DNA from: Verrucomicrobiales bacterium
GTDB lineage: Bacteria > Verrucomicrobiota > Verrucomicrobiia > Verrucomicrobiales > V1-33
Reading direction: 5' to 3'
Assembly: GCA_031411295.1 (NCBI GenBank)
Contig: JANOAV010000189.1
Coordinates: 59,333-123,332 of the forward strand
Length of the DNA: 64,000 nucleotides
Shown: piece by piece, positions 19,672-30,846 of the stretch
Layout: every line of letters begins with the position of its first letter
Numbering within the stretch: position 1 is the stretch's first letter
Notes under the pieces: generated by a model
What the model saw: only the letters and a program-made list of their open reading frames with translations
Database searches by the model: none
Told to the model about the DNA's origin: nothing
Made by a program: the position numbers and the translations under genes

Positions 19672-21291
19672 ATGAACTTACTGACTGAATCAGATTTACT
19701 CCTGGCGGGTTGGCTGCACGGCCCGCAACTTGAGCAAATGCTCACCGCCGTGGCAGCCATGGAAGCCCGTGGCATCCAGGATCGCGCTTACGCAATGAAA
19801 CTGCTGCGACGTGATTTCCCGCCGCCCGAACTCAAGCTCCAGATGCGAACGGAAGCCGCCCCGCTGGCGGAAGCCATTGCGGCCACCAATGCGCAGGACG
19901 AGCAGAACATCGGGGCGGTGCGTCGCTACATGGATCAACTGCTGCGGGTGCCGATCATCCAGCGTGGAGCCATCATGCCCGACGCCTGTCCAGCAGGTTC
20001 TGCCGTGGCTAACATTCCCGTCGGTGGCGTGGTGGCCGTGGAGCAGGCCATCATTCCCAGCGCTCACAGCGAAGACATTTGCTGCTCGATGTATGCCAGT
20101 TTCTACCAATCCAACGACCCGATCGCAATCCAGTTGGATACTCTCATGCAATCCACTCGCTTCGGCCAGGGAGGCCGTAAAGAGGAGGATTGGGTGGCGC
20201 ATCCGGTCTTATCAGAACCGGTGTGGGACAATCAGTTCCTGCAAGGATTGGAACGCCATGCCGCCATGCATCTGGCGGACCAGGGGGATGGAAATCACTT
20301 TGCCTATCTGGGGAAAGTAGCGCTCAGCCCCGCTCAGCTCGACCGACTTACCCAAGCCGGCCATACCGAACTCGCAACCACTCTGGCTGCGGCTGACGGA
20401 AAATGGAACGTGCTCGTGACCCATCACGGCAGCCGCGGACTGGGGGCTCATGTTTTCAAGCGCGGCCAAAAAGCGGCAGAGAAAGCCACGGCCAAGATTG
20501 CCGCCGGTATGCCCACCGCCGCCTGCTGGTTGGATGTGACCACCGAGGAAGGGGAAGCTTACTGGGAGGCGCTCCAATATGTCAGTCGCTGGACCCGGGC
20601 CAACCACCAGTGCATTCATGCAGGCTTTGCCCAGCGACTCGGGATCACCCTGGCCGCAGCCGTGGGAAATGAACATAATTTCGTCTGGCAACGCGGCCGC
20701 ACCTTCCTGCACGGAAAAGGTGCCACCCCCGCATGGCCGGACGAGCAGGGGCGGCCTCAGTTGGGACTCATTCCGCTGCACATGGCGGCCCCGATCCTCT
20801 TGGTGCTAGGGCGGGATAACCCAGAGTATCTCAGCTTCGCCCCCCATGGTGCTGGCCGCAATGTTTCCCGCAGGACAGCGGTGAAACCCTACCGTCAGGA
20901 AGATGGATCCATCGAGCCCAAGGAGCTTCAGCGCTTGGTCAAGGAACAAACGCCAGACTTGGATATCCGCTGGTGGCACGGCAAGGCCGATCTGAGCGAG
21001 ACCCCACTAGCATACAAATCGGCGGCCCAGGTGCAGGCGCAAATTGAGCACTTCCAGTTAGCCGAAATCATAGCCGAGATCCAACCGCTCGGCTGTATCA
21101 TGGCTGGCGATGCCGGACCGCGTCCGTGGGCTCGTGAATTGGAACTGACGCCCAAGCAAAAACGCCAGATCGAGCATCGCTCGGATCGTCGCAAATCACG
21201 GCAGAGTTTGCTGCACTGGGACGAGGACGAATGCAGAGCTACCGCCCTGCAGGATGGCGTCTCCGACGCAATAGCCAGACCGATCCCATGA
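19672..21291 (+). CDS. rtcB: RtcB-family RNA ligase
   Basis: MPDAC, IPVGGV, DICCSM, GDGNHF, HHGSRGLG, HNF, HGKGAT, HGAGR, ETPLAYK. Confidence 0.9.
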   Translation: MNLLTESDLLLAGWLHGPQLEQMLTAVAAMEARGIQDRAYAMKLLRRDFPPPELKLQMRTEAAPLAEAIAATNAQDEQNIGAVRRYMDQLLRVPIIQRGAIMPDACPAGSAVANIPVGGVVAVEQAIIPSAHSEDICCSMYASFYQSNDPIAIQLDTLMQSTRFGQGGRKEEDWVAHPVLSEPVWDNQFLQGLERHAAMHLADQGDGNHFAYLGKVALSPAQLDRLTQAGHTELATTLAAADGKWNVLVTHHGSRGLGAHVFKRGQKAAEKATAKIAAGMPTAACWLDVTTEEGEAYWEALQYVSRWTRANHQCIHAGFAQRLGITLAAAVGNEHNFVWQRGRTFLHGKGATPAWPDEQGRPQLGLIPLHMAAPILLVLGRDNPEYLSFAPHGAGRNVSRRTAVKPYRQEDGSIEPKELQRLVKEQTPDLDIRWWHGKADLSETPLAYKSAAQVQAQIEHFQLAEIIAEIQPLGCIMAGDAGPRPWARELELTPKQKRQIEHRSDRRKSRQSLLHWDEDECRATALQDGVSDAIARPIP

Positions 21292-22024
21292 GCCCCTGCA
21301 TCGTTACGGCTCGGGCTTCTGGAACGCTCACCGCATTAATCTGCACCTGCATACTATTCAAGAGCGCGGCATCCGCTCCCTGGAGTCCGTAGAAACGGAT
21401 TTCCAATGGCGCGTCCCCTCGGTAATTCAAATTCGCAAAGTCCCAACTGTAGGCGCGCCCCTGCGTATTGAGCCCGCCGCGCGAAGTCGTGATGGCGCTG
21501 GTGAAATTGTCTGCACTTGTGCCTGCCCATGCTGTCGTGGCGAGGCTCAGGGTGGAGGCAATCAGATCCACTTTGACCGAGGAAAACATCAAGGCCGAGG
21601 ATTTATCGATCTTCAGAGAGACGTAAGACGCATAAGTATCCAGCGTGGGGGAGCCCTTCCCCAAGCTGAAGGTGTGCTTGGTGCTTCCGATGCCCGATGG
21701 GGCGAATCCCTGCTGTAGCATGGCACCCTCTTTGCCCCGGTTCCATGGCTTGCTGGCATCAATCAATCCCCAACGACTGGTCGAAAGTTCATCATCCCCA
21801 TAGTTGGCTGCACTGAGAGTAAACGTCTTTCCACTGCTGGTCGTGCGCAGTAGCATCGACTCTCCGTCGGCATACCTCGAGTCGATCAGCTTTTCCATTC
21901 CTGTGCCTAATAGATTTAGCGACATCATGGCAGCCTTCGTCACGGATGCCCCGAACAGAAGCGCGAGCGTGATGATAGAGCAAGTAAATCGACTGAATTT
22001 TGAACGCATAAACAATAATATCAA
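21239..22024 (-). CDS. PEP-CTERM-like exported protein
   Basis: Signal peptide; C-terminal VPE + hydrophobic stretch + RRRR. Confidence 0.7.
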   Translation of the reverse strand: MILLFMRSKFSRFTCSIITLALLFGASVTKAAMMSLNLLGTGMEKLIDSRYADGESMLLRTTSSGKTFTLSAANYGDDELSTSRWGLIDASKPWNRGKEGAMLQQGFAPSGIGSTKHTFSLGKGSPTLDTYASYVSLKIDKSSALMFSSVKVDLIASTLSLATTAWAGTSADNFTSAITTSRGGLNTQGRAYSWDFANLNYRGDAPLEIRFYGLQGADAALLNSMQVQINAVSVPEARAVTMQGLMGSVWLLRRRRHPAGR

Positions 22025-22168
22025 TAATTACTATCATCAGTGAAGCGGGATTGCAAGCGTTGAGTAGAGATATTTTTGCAATTTAAGTATCTTTGCAGTG
22101 CGAATGCTTGGAAAATCTGAAATTTCTCTTGCATTAACCATCATAATCCGTAAGATTATCGAATTCGA

Positions 22169-23245
22169 TATGCAAAATCGCAAAAATATTATCTCATCAT
22201 CCTTTCCGCGTCTTCTCGCTCTCATCGGGACAGCGGCCATTTTGATCGATCACAGCTGTGCAGCAACCAGCGCATGGACGGTGGATCTGAGCTTCGACGC
22301 TTTCGCTGGGCAGCCGGGAGGTTTTGCGGACGCCACCAATGCTCCGGACACCCTTCGGAACCAGGCAAATTCGGGGATCCTGACTCGGGCTTATGATGTC
22401 GTTCAGGAGGGCCCGGCCAATGGGCTGAGCGGGCAACCAACCTATACCATGGGCCAGGATGGGGTTAATGACCTGACTATCCGCACCCTGCTCTTGGATG
22501 GCTCTACCGGCCGCTGGGCGAAGGTGGCAGCCGAGCAACGCCGAGGAACCTTGCGCATGAGCAGCTTGGTTGATCTTGGAACGAGCGGTGCCGGGGATTT
22601 TGCGGTCGTTGCCTTTGAGGTTAGTTTCGCGAGTTCGTTGGGGGTGTCGGCAGATCAATTGGCGATTCGTTTGGCCAGCGCCAATGGTTCGAGTCAGCTT
22701 TATGAATGGTCCATGGTTACGGCAGGAGGATTAAATGACGCTCCGTTTTCCCTGGCTCAGCTTGGGACCTATAACGGTGGCATCTATAATGCAGACTCTC
22801 CGCAGTCCTTGGGCAATGGGGACGCACTTGCGACCGGGCGCTCCATTTCGCAATATCTCGCTGGAGCACCAGCTTCCGCTAATCCCAGTGGAGGAGCGGT
22901 CGCCAATGGATGGTGGGCAATCGATGACTTCAATACCCAAGTTCCTAATGGCGACGAATCCTTCGGGGTGAACGGGGGCGATGGCCCATTGAGGACAACC
23001 AAACTATCACTGGTGAGAGCTTGGGCCTCACGGGGCAGCCCCTTACCAGTTTTACGGTTTGGTTTGGTCTGCATGACGTGGCCTTTGACACCAATGGAGA
23101 TGGTTTCACCCTGACCGAAGCCACCCCTGCCGCCTCCTTCACTGGACTATCGTTTGGCTCCAATTTAACCACTGTGCCAGAACCCACGGGGACGTTCTTC
23201 TTGCTCTTAGGATTAGGTGGCTGTGGCCTCCGCAGAAGGAGATGA
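22169..23245 (+). pseudogene. PEP-CTERM protein split by a 1-nt frameshift near 22985-22990 (possibly sequencing error)
   Basis: Adding one C in GGCCCATTGAG joins ...GDG to PIEDNQTITGESLGLTGQP...VPEPTGTFFLLLGLGGCGLRRRR. Confidence 0.75.
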
Positions 23246-23466
23246 TGCTCGTTTGCGCTCAGCGTGAGCACCCAAACCCCGAGATTTTGGCGGTTCTGGC
23301 CGTCGCCTACACCCTTATCAATTGTGATTGGGTTGGTCGATCATTCGCACCTGATTGGCTAGATTTTTGCAAATGTGAATTATTTTAGTTGCGGAAATTA
23401 TAGAAATTATTAAAGTTCACTTAATAATAATTTTAATATTTCCGTCACTCACATCCGATCCACTGC

Positions 23467-24810
23467 ATGTCTCTAGCCAAGGCCAGAAAAATTATCCGTC
23501 GCAATAAGAAGGGAGAAGCTCAGCGTCTGTTTGAACTTCCGCCGATTGAGCGTCGGACCAAGGCCTCGGAAGAAACGGAAGCAAGCGTGCCCATCGAGAG
23601 ACTACGCGAAGAAATGTCGCTTTTTCGGGAAATGTTCGAGCAATTCCTGCTGTTTCGCCTTACGAGCAAGCCATCAGCCGAGTCTGCCCCCAAAAAAGTC
23701 TGGACGCCCCGCTCCGAAGAACCTCTGGAAGCACTCTACCGCCGTCGCGTGTATCCCGTGCAGCTCGTCCGCGGACGGGTGGAGTTCGCCTGTCCGGCCT
23801 GCCAACGCCCCACCGAGCTTGCGGCAGAGCAAACCGGACAAAAGGCCCGCTGCCCACTCTGTCATTCAGCCATTACCGTGCCGCGTCCCGGCCGATCCCT
23901 CCGGGGACTGAATATGGAGCGGGACGTTGAGTCGTTACTGCATCCAGAGCGCTTCCAAGCGGTGCCCGCGCACGGCTGGGCCGGGATGCGAAAAAAGCAT
24001 TTCCGGCAGGCGAGAATTCTCGCATCACTCTCCGTGGTGCTGGCCATGCTTTTGATTAACGGTTACCGCAAGCTGCAAGGCGGGCGGCTGGAGCCCTTCG
24101 GTGTCACTCCGACCATCGCCACCTCCATCCCGGACTCCCCATTGACCGCCGCAGAGCAAATCGTGCGGCAATACTTGGCCGCCGATGGCATTCACGCCAA
24201 GGCATCCTTCGTGCGTGATCCAGAGCGGGTCATGCCCCTCATGGATGACTACTATGCGCGGCATTCCGGTAGCGTGCCTGTGACTTGGAAATCCATTCAA
24301 GCGCAAGAGACTGGATTTTATTCCGGCAGCGAATTACTTCATCCCAGCACCAACGTGAAGGTAGAGACGGTGTCTGGCAATCGGCTCGACTTCACGGTAG
24401 AACACACCCCTCAGGGACCCCGCATCGAGTGGGAAAGTTCCCTGGGCTACAGCCCTCAGGAATGGCCCGCCGTGCTGGCGGCCAAAGCCCAATCGGCCCC
24501 CATGCGCGTGCTGGCCGCCTTGGATGATTACTACAATTTCGACTTTGCCGATGAGCGCGCCCAGATGTGCGTCCGCTTGCAGGACCCGGAAAATAATGAA
24601 TTACTGGGATATGGTTACCTGGAGCGTCAACAAGCCGCTGCCGTCGCATTGCGCGCGATGCTGGAAGATGCCTCGCCAGAATCTCCCCGGCCAATTGTCG
24701 TCGAGGTTACTGCCACGGAACATTCCCAGGATACCAAGCAGGTGCGAATCGTAAAGGTTCTGAGCGACGGCTGGCGCACCGGTTTGCCAACGATGGCGAG
24801 TGCCCGTTAG
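23467..24810 (+). CDS. Hypothetical membrane protein with Zn-ribbon
   Basis: CPACQ...CPLCH, one TM (ILASLSVVLAMLLI), C-terminal soluble domain. Confidence 0.7.
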   Translation: MSLAKARKIIRRNKKGEAQRLFELPPIERRTKASEETEASVPIERLREEMSLFREMFEQFLLFRLTSKPSAESAPKKVWTPRSEEPLEALYRRRVYPVQLVRGRVEFACPACQRPTELAAEQTGQKARCPLCHSAITVPRPGRSLRGLNMERDVESLLHPERFQAVPAHGWAGMRKKHFRQARILASLSVVLAMLLINGYRKLQGGRLEPFGVTPTIATSIPDSPLTAAEQIVRQYLAADGIHAKASFVRDPERVMPLMDDYYARHSGSVPVTWKSIQAQETGFYSGSELLHPSTNVKVETVSGNRLDFTVEHTPQGPRIEWESSLGYSPQEWPAVLAAKAQSAPMRVLAALDDYYNFDFADERAQMCVRLQDPENNELLGYGYLERQQAAAVALRAMLEDASPESPRPIVVEVTATEHSQDTKQVRIVKVLSDGWRTGLPTMASAR

Positions 24811-25009
24811 AGTTATTGGGGGCCCTGCGCTGCTTTCCAATACCGATAGTATCATGCCGCAGGCTCAAATCCGTCCAATTTCACACACGGCGGCTAAATT
24901 TCCACATTCCGGTTTACAAGCGCTCTGCCCTTTTTAAATTCTCTGGAAGTTGCACAACCGCCATGGGCATGTCTTTATTGCGAAATAGTTCTGTGACCCC
25001 CATTAATTC

Positions 25010-25597
25010 ATGTTTCCAGCCTCCCTATTAATCATCGCTGTTGTCATTTTCCGGTGCGCCGTTGGAGCCTCGGACGATGCCACGCGACTTATGCTGGCGA
25101 ACTTTTCCCCCTTGGCCGCCATGACCGTCTGCTCGGGGGCCTTTTTCCCACGGAAATGGGCTTTGTTGGTGCCCGTCGCTGCGCAAATTTTGTCCGATAT
25201 CGGCCTCCACCTGATGGGGAAATCCATCTCCTGGTCCTTCTCCATCGTCCTCGTCGTCGCCTACGTCGTCATTGCCGCCGTCGGGCTGCTGGCGAAGAAG
25301 CCTTTCACACCTTCGAAACTGCTCGGAGCGTCCTTAGTCGGGACGCTCCTTTTTTATGTCATCACAAATACCATGGCCTTCTGGCAGGATCCTGGCTATG
25401 TGAAATCATTGGCTGGCTGGGTGCAGGCCTTAACCACCGGCATCCCCGGCTACCCACCAACGTATCTTTTCCTGTTTAAATCCATCGGTGGAGACCTGTT
25501 CTTCACCGGCCTCATCGCCTTGTTCGTTACTCGCGCCCAAGCGGCACCCGCCGCCGAAGCCGAGGAAGAACCCGCCGCCGAACCCACCGAAGCCTAA
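25010..25597 (+). CDS. DUF6580-like putative transport protein (ECF S-component-like)
   Basis: NFSPLAAM, multi-TM, LLFYVITNT...Y.KSLAG..QALT.GIP. Confidence 0.7.
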   Translation: MFPASLLIIAVVIFRCAVGASDDATRLMLANFSPLAAMTVCSGAFFPRKWALLVPVAAQILSDIGLHLMGKSISWSFSIVLVVAYVVIAAVGLLAKKPFTPSKLLGASLVGTLLFYVITNTMAFWQDPGYVKSLAGWVQALTTGIPGYPPTYLFLFKSIGGDLFFTGLIALFVTRAQAAPAAEAEEEPAAEPTEA

Positions 25598-25667
25598 TCA
25601 GCCATCCACCATTTCCCTCACTTCGTATTCACCCGAGTCCCCACCTTAGTTTCCTCACTCCCGCCTT

Positions 25668-26747
<1,080 letters not shown>

Positions 26748-26810
26748 TTTCCCTCGTTGCCTAACTTCCTCATTTTTTAATTTTCTCACTCTCTTATTTC
26801 CTAATCAGCA

Positions 26811-27818
26811 ATGCGCCAGATTACCTACCGTGAAGCCATCCGTGAAGCGCTCGATGAAGAGTTAGCCCGGGATAAAAACGTCATCCTCATGGGCGAAGAA
26901 GTTGCCCAATACAACGGAGCCTACAAAGTTACCCAAGGCCTCTGGGATAAGTGGGGGGACACCCGCGTCATGGACATGCCCATTTCCGAAGCTGGATTCA
27001 TCGGCATGGGCATTGGAGCTTCCATGCTCGGCACCCGCCCCGTCATGGAACTCATGTTCTGGAGTTTCGCCTACGTGGCCTTCGATCAAATCATTAACAA
27101 CGCAGCCAGCGTGCGCTACATGAGCGGTGGGAAGATCAATTGCCCCATCGTCATCCGCGGCCCCGCCAACGGCGGCACCAGCGTGGGCGCCACCCACAGC
27201 CACACCCCGGAAAACTTCATCGCCAACACCCCGGGCCTCAAAGTCGTGTGCCCCGCCACCGCCTACGATGCCAAAGGCCTCATGAAAGCTGCCATCCGTG
27301 ACAACGACCCCGTCTATGTCATGGAATCCACCGTCCTCTATGGCGAACTCTGGGACGTGCCCGAAAACAGCGAACTCCCCGATGGCGAACTCATCATCCC
27401 CCTCGGCAAAGCCGACATCAAACGCGAAGGCACCGACATCTCCCTCATCGCCCACGGCCGCAGCGTCATCGTCTGCCTAGCCGCCGCCAAAATCCTCGAA
27501 GAAGAACACGGCATCAACGCCGAAGTCGTGGACCTCCGCAGCATCCGCCCCCTCGACCAGGAAACCATCCTCGAAAGCGTGCGCAAAACAAACAAAGCCA
27601 TCTACGTCGAAGAGAACAAACCCTTCTGTGGAGTCGGCAGCCAGATCGTCAGCATGATCCAAGAACACGCCTTCGACGACCTCGATGCCCCCGTCCTGCG
27701 CATCAGCGCCATCGACGCCCCCGCCATCTACAGCCCCCCCACCGAAAAACTCCAACTCCCCTACGCCAGCCAAATCGCGGACAAAGTCCTAACGATCTGC
27801 GAGCCGGCGTATGCTTGA
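26811..27818 (+). CDS. pdhB: Pyruvate dehydrogenase E1 beta
   Basis: REAIREALDEE, GEEVAQYNGAYKVT, PISEAGF, VVDLRSIRPLD. Confidence 0.95.
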   Translation: MRQITYREAIREALDEELARDKNVILMGEEVAQYNGAYKVTQGLWDKWGDTRVMDMPISEAGFIGMGIGASMLGTRPVMELMFWSFAYVAFDQIINNAASVRYMSGGKINCPIVIRGPANGGTSVGATHSHTPENFIANTPGLKVVCPATAYDAKGLMKAAIRDNDPVYVMESTVLYGELWDVPENSELPDGELIIPLGKADIKREGTDISLIAHGRSVIVCLAAAKILEEEHGINAEVVDLRSIRPLDQETILESVRKTNKAIYVEENKPFCGVGSQIVSMIQEHAFDDLDAPVLRISAIDAPAIYSPPTEKLQLPYASQIADKVLTICEPAYA

Positions 27819-27861
27819 GCGGGCGTTGTGGGATTTCTCCGCAGCTTTAACCTAGGAGCAA

Positions 27862-29361
27862 CTAGCGGTTCGTGCGGCTTTGTGCCGCGCGGAAAAGTCC
27901 AGCATACATTTCCATGGCCGCAGGGTTCCAAATATCATTGTGACCACTGATAATTTCTTTATCACAGTTGATGACCCAGTAGTCGGAATCCTTCATTGCG
28001 GGGACCTTCCCCCCTATGCTATATGGCGTGCTTGGAGATTCAATTTCCAACCGCCAAACGGCGGCAGGAAGGTGTCCCGCTGAAGTGAAGAACCTGTCAT
28101 GGTCAGTTACGTTGGCAGCCAAGTTCGCACTCATCACGGCATCGTGGCTCGTGTCTGATGGCAGATTTGCACCTGGCTGTTTCACGATCCAGTGGTTGAT
28201 TAAAAGGGGTTGGTGACCGGGTGTTTTGTTGTAAAATGCGGACTGACGTATGGGATCATGATCTGGGAATCCAGCTTGGCCGGGATCAACCAGAACTCCA
28301 TTTGTATATTTCCGCTGGAGGCTGGGATCAAGAGGGGCTAGGAGATTGCCGATGGGGTGGACCTTCCCAGTGGCCCAATCTGCGGTTGAAGTGACGGAAA
28401 TAATGACCGGGGCATCTGAGGTTGGATTGCCACTGCGCTCTAGGCCCCTACGGTAGGCCATCAGGAAGTCCCGCATTTCTTTGGCGTAAATCGATGGGGC
28501 AGCGGAATTTACTAGCAAGACCAGATCGAAGGGCATTGCGGGTGCCTGCATCCCCTGCACGCTTTTATCCTGCCACATCATCGTCAGTGCACCCGTCATG
28601 GCTTGACCCAGGGATCGTTCTAACATCAGTGCTCCGAAAGAGTGTCCCAACACTACGACACGATTGCTTGGAGCCTTGCCGAAGCCCTTGGCCGCAGCCG
28701 CGTAAGTAAACGCAGCCCGCGCGATTGGAAGTCCGCAAACTTTGCTTTCAGCAGCAGCTTTCCGGTTCCAATAGCTCAACGTTTCAGGAATTGTCCCAGT
28801 CATGGCAAACCTGCGTTGATATTGAGCGGCCACGATGGGTTCCGCACCATAGAACTGCTGCGTAGTCAGCAAGTTTAAGTTGGATTTCCCTTGGTCCACA
28901 TAAGGCTTGAAGGAATTCCCACGCCAGCCCAAATACACTCCATGCACTCGCAGGCCTTTAGCTCGAATTTCCTTGCTAGCTGCTAACTGACCCAGGAATG
29001 CGTTAAACTCAATCACATCCCCAGATTGCGAATTATTTTTCCACCCATGGCAATAGATCATTACCAAGACCCGCTGGCCAGAATCCACCATGGTTCTGAT
29101 ACGTTCCTCACAATCTCTGTGCTGCTGGAAATCTAAAAAATCCCCCCGTTCATCAAACTCTACGAAGGAGCAAGAAATCGGAACCCCGTCCGAGTTTTTG
29201 CCTTCAATGTAAGCGCTAAGCCCTTGCGGATGCAGGCTTCCAGGCTTAGAGTGGAGTCGCATGGCTTTACCGTTCGCAGCGCATCCTGGGAGGAGAAAAA
29301 GGATGCCAGCAAGGAGAACGAGCGACCCGAGCGCAATGGTGAATGTTGAATTGATAATCAT
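27862..29361 (-). CDS. Alpha/beta-hydrolase-fold lipoprotein
   Basis: Lipobox LPGC; FVEFDERG, YCHGWKNN, nucleophile elbow GHSFG, C-terminal GHNDIW. Confidence 0.75.
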   Translation of the reverse strand: MIINSTFTIALGSLVLLAGILFLLPGCAANGKAMRLHSKPGSLHPQGLSAYIEGKNSDGVPISCSFVEFDERGDFLDFQQHRDCEERIRTMVDSGQRVLVMIYCHGWKNNSQSGDVIEFNAFLGQLAASKEIRAKGLRVHGVYLGWRGNSFKPYVDQGKSNLNLLTTQQFYGAEPIVAAQYQRRFAMTGTIPETLSYWNRKAAAESKVCGLPIARAAFTYAAAAKGFGKAPSNRVVVLGHSFGALMLERSLGQAMTGALTMMWQDKSVQGMQAPAMPFDLVLLVNSAAPSIYAKEMRDFLMAYRRGLERSGNPTSDAPVIISVTSTADWATGKVHPIGNLLAPLDPSLQRKYTNGVLVDPGQAGFPDHDPIRQSAFYNKTPGHQPLLINHWIVKQPGANLPSDTSHDAVMSANLAANVTDHDRFFTSAGHLPAAVWRLEIESPSTPYSIGGKVPAMKDSDYWVINCDKEIISGHNDIWNPAAMEMYAGLFRAAQSRTNR

Positions 29362-29382
29362 AAATTTAATTTTAGTGCGAGT

Positions 29383-30819
29383 TTACAAATAATATTCAAA
29401 GAACAACGGTGTCTCAAACAGTCCTAAACCAGTAGCGGGATCACCTGCAATTTTGTCGTTATCCGTGCGAGCAAAGGCAACGCATTTTTCTTCAAGTCGA
29501 TCAACCAAACCGGGGAGAGGCATGTGCAACCAGCCTTTGGTTTCATGGGCGACTTTTTCATCTACGGGCATCATGGCTACTAAATTCGGACTCGTCATGC
29601 GCTCTAGCCCTTTCTCCCGTAGGGTAGCATTATGGCTCCCATGATGTCCTACTTTATAGAAAATTGTGCGTGCAAGCAAATCAGCCGCTTTCACCTCTTG
29701 CTTCACGCCTTGGCCATCGGTGACTTTCCAAGTGTAATCGTCCCATGAAAGCCAATTTCCAGCTTGAGCATCCCCGACGAACAACAGCACTTCGCCTGTC
29801 TCAACGAGCTCGAATGCTAGCACGAGACTAGTATTGTTGGTATCGTTGTCTAGTTGCAATGCGAGACGTTCGCCCACGGCTAGCCAATCACCATCGATAT
29901 TGCGCCACGACTCATCTGAAGAAAGATACCTCTCACTCGTCGCTTTGCAATCACTGGCAGCCCGCCGGAAAGTGGGGGCAAAAGGTTGAGCGCGGGCTGC
30001 TGAACACGGCGTTTCCTCTATGCCCAAGGCCGCCGAATAGGCGTCCGCTAGGCTCATGTCTTGGCCTGTTAGTCCGTAACCTTGGCCCTTGCCGGGATTC
30101 GTCTTATGCAGTTTGGTTTTATCCTCCGGCGGGCCGAGCACATAGATGCGAACGCCATCCACGCCCGGAATTGCCAAAGGCTTGCTTCCCGGCTTGAAGG
30201 TCTGCTGCTTTTTGATTTTACCTTTGAGATAATCCAGCGCCGCCTGCGTGCCGCCTGCAGGCGCTCCCCCATCTCCGTCCCCTGCAATGCCTAGGAAGCC
30301 CAACAGTGCTTCCATACGTTGGATGCGCTTGGGGCTGACTTTGAGCTTTTTGAGTCTGGCCTTGGTCTCGGCTGAGGCCTTTTTCTTGGCTTCGCGTTCT
30401 TTTCTCAATTGCTGGGCAAGGTCATCCTTCGGGTCTTCAGTCCATGCCAGCCAAAGTTGTCCAAAATCGATTTTATCAAAGCTGCCTTGCGCTTGGCCTG
30501 TGGTGAATCCTGAAAGATGATCCCAATGCTCGTGAGTAATGACCAGCACATCGATTTTCCCATCAGTCTCCGCACGCAGGTCCTCAGCCACTTTTTCCAT
30601 GATGGCAGCAGGGTTTTTGGTTCCCAGAACAACTCCGCAGTCTATCATCAAATGCACTGGCGTGCGGTCCTTCTTAGGAAATGTTAGTAGGAAACAATCC
30701 CCCAGACCTTGGCGATACATGCGGATTCGAACGCGGAATTTCGTAGGGACTTCACGCTTACTGGCTGCTTTTGCAGCAGACTTGCGGGCCGTCTTTGCTG
30801 GCGATTTTTTTGCAGGCAT
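29383..30819 (-). CDS. MBL-fold metallo-hydrolase (ComEC-like)
   Basis: GLGDCFLL, IDCG, THEHWDHLSG, NNTSLVL, GDAQ, YKVGHHGSHNAT. Confidence 0.88.
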   Translation of the reverse strand: MPAKKSPAKTARKSAAKAASKREVPTKFRVRIRMYRQGLGDCFLLTFPKKDRTPVHLMIDCGVVLGTKNPAAIMEKVAEDLRAETDGKIDVLVITHEHWDHLSGFTTGQAQGSFDKIDFGQLWLAWTEDPKDDLAQQLRKEREAKKKASAETKARLKKLKVSPKRIQRMEALLGFLGIAGDGDGGAPAGGTQAALDYLKGKIKKQQTFKPGSKPLAIPGVDGVRIYVLGPPEDKTKLHKTNPGKGQGYGLTGQDMSLADAYSAALGIEETPCSAARAQPFAPTFRRAASDCKATSERYLSSDESWRNIDGDWLAVGERLALQLDNDTNNTSLVLAFELVETGEVLLFVGDAQAGNWLSWDDYTWKVTDGQGVKQEVKAADLLARTIFYKVGHHGSHNATLREKGLERMTSPNLVAMMPVDEKVAHETKGWLHMPLPGLVDRLEEKCVAFARTDNDKIAGDPATGLGLFETPLFFEYYL

Positions 30820-30846
30820 AATTAGAGATAGTTTGTGGTGAATGTG

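Noticed and set aside
24811..25009. Cobalamin or other riboswitch upstream of the DUF6580-like transporter
   Set aside because: No recognisable B12-box or other aptamer motif
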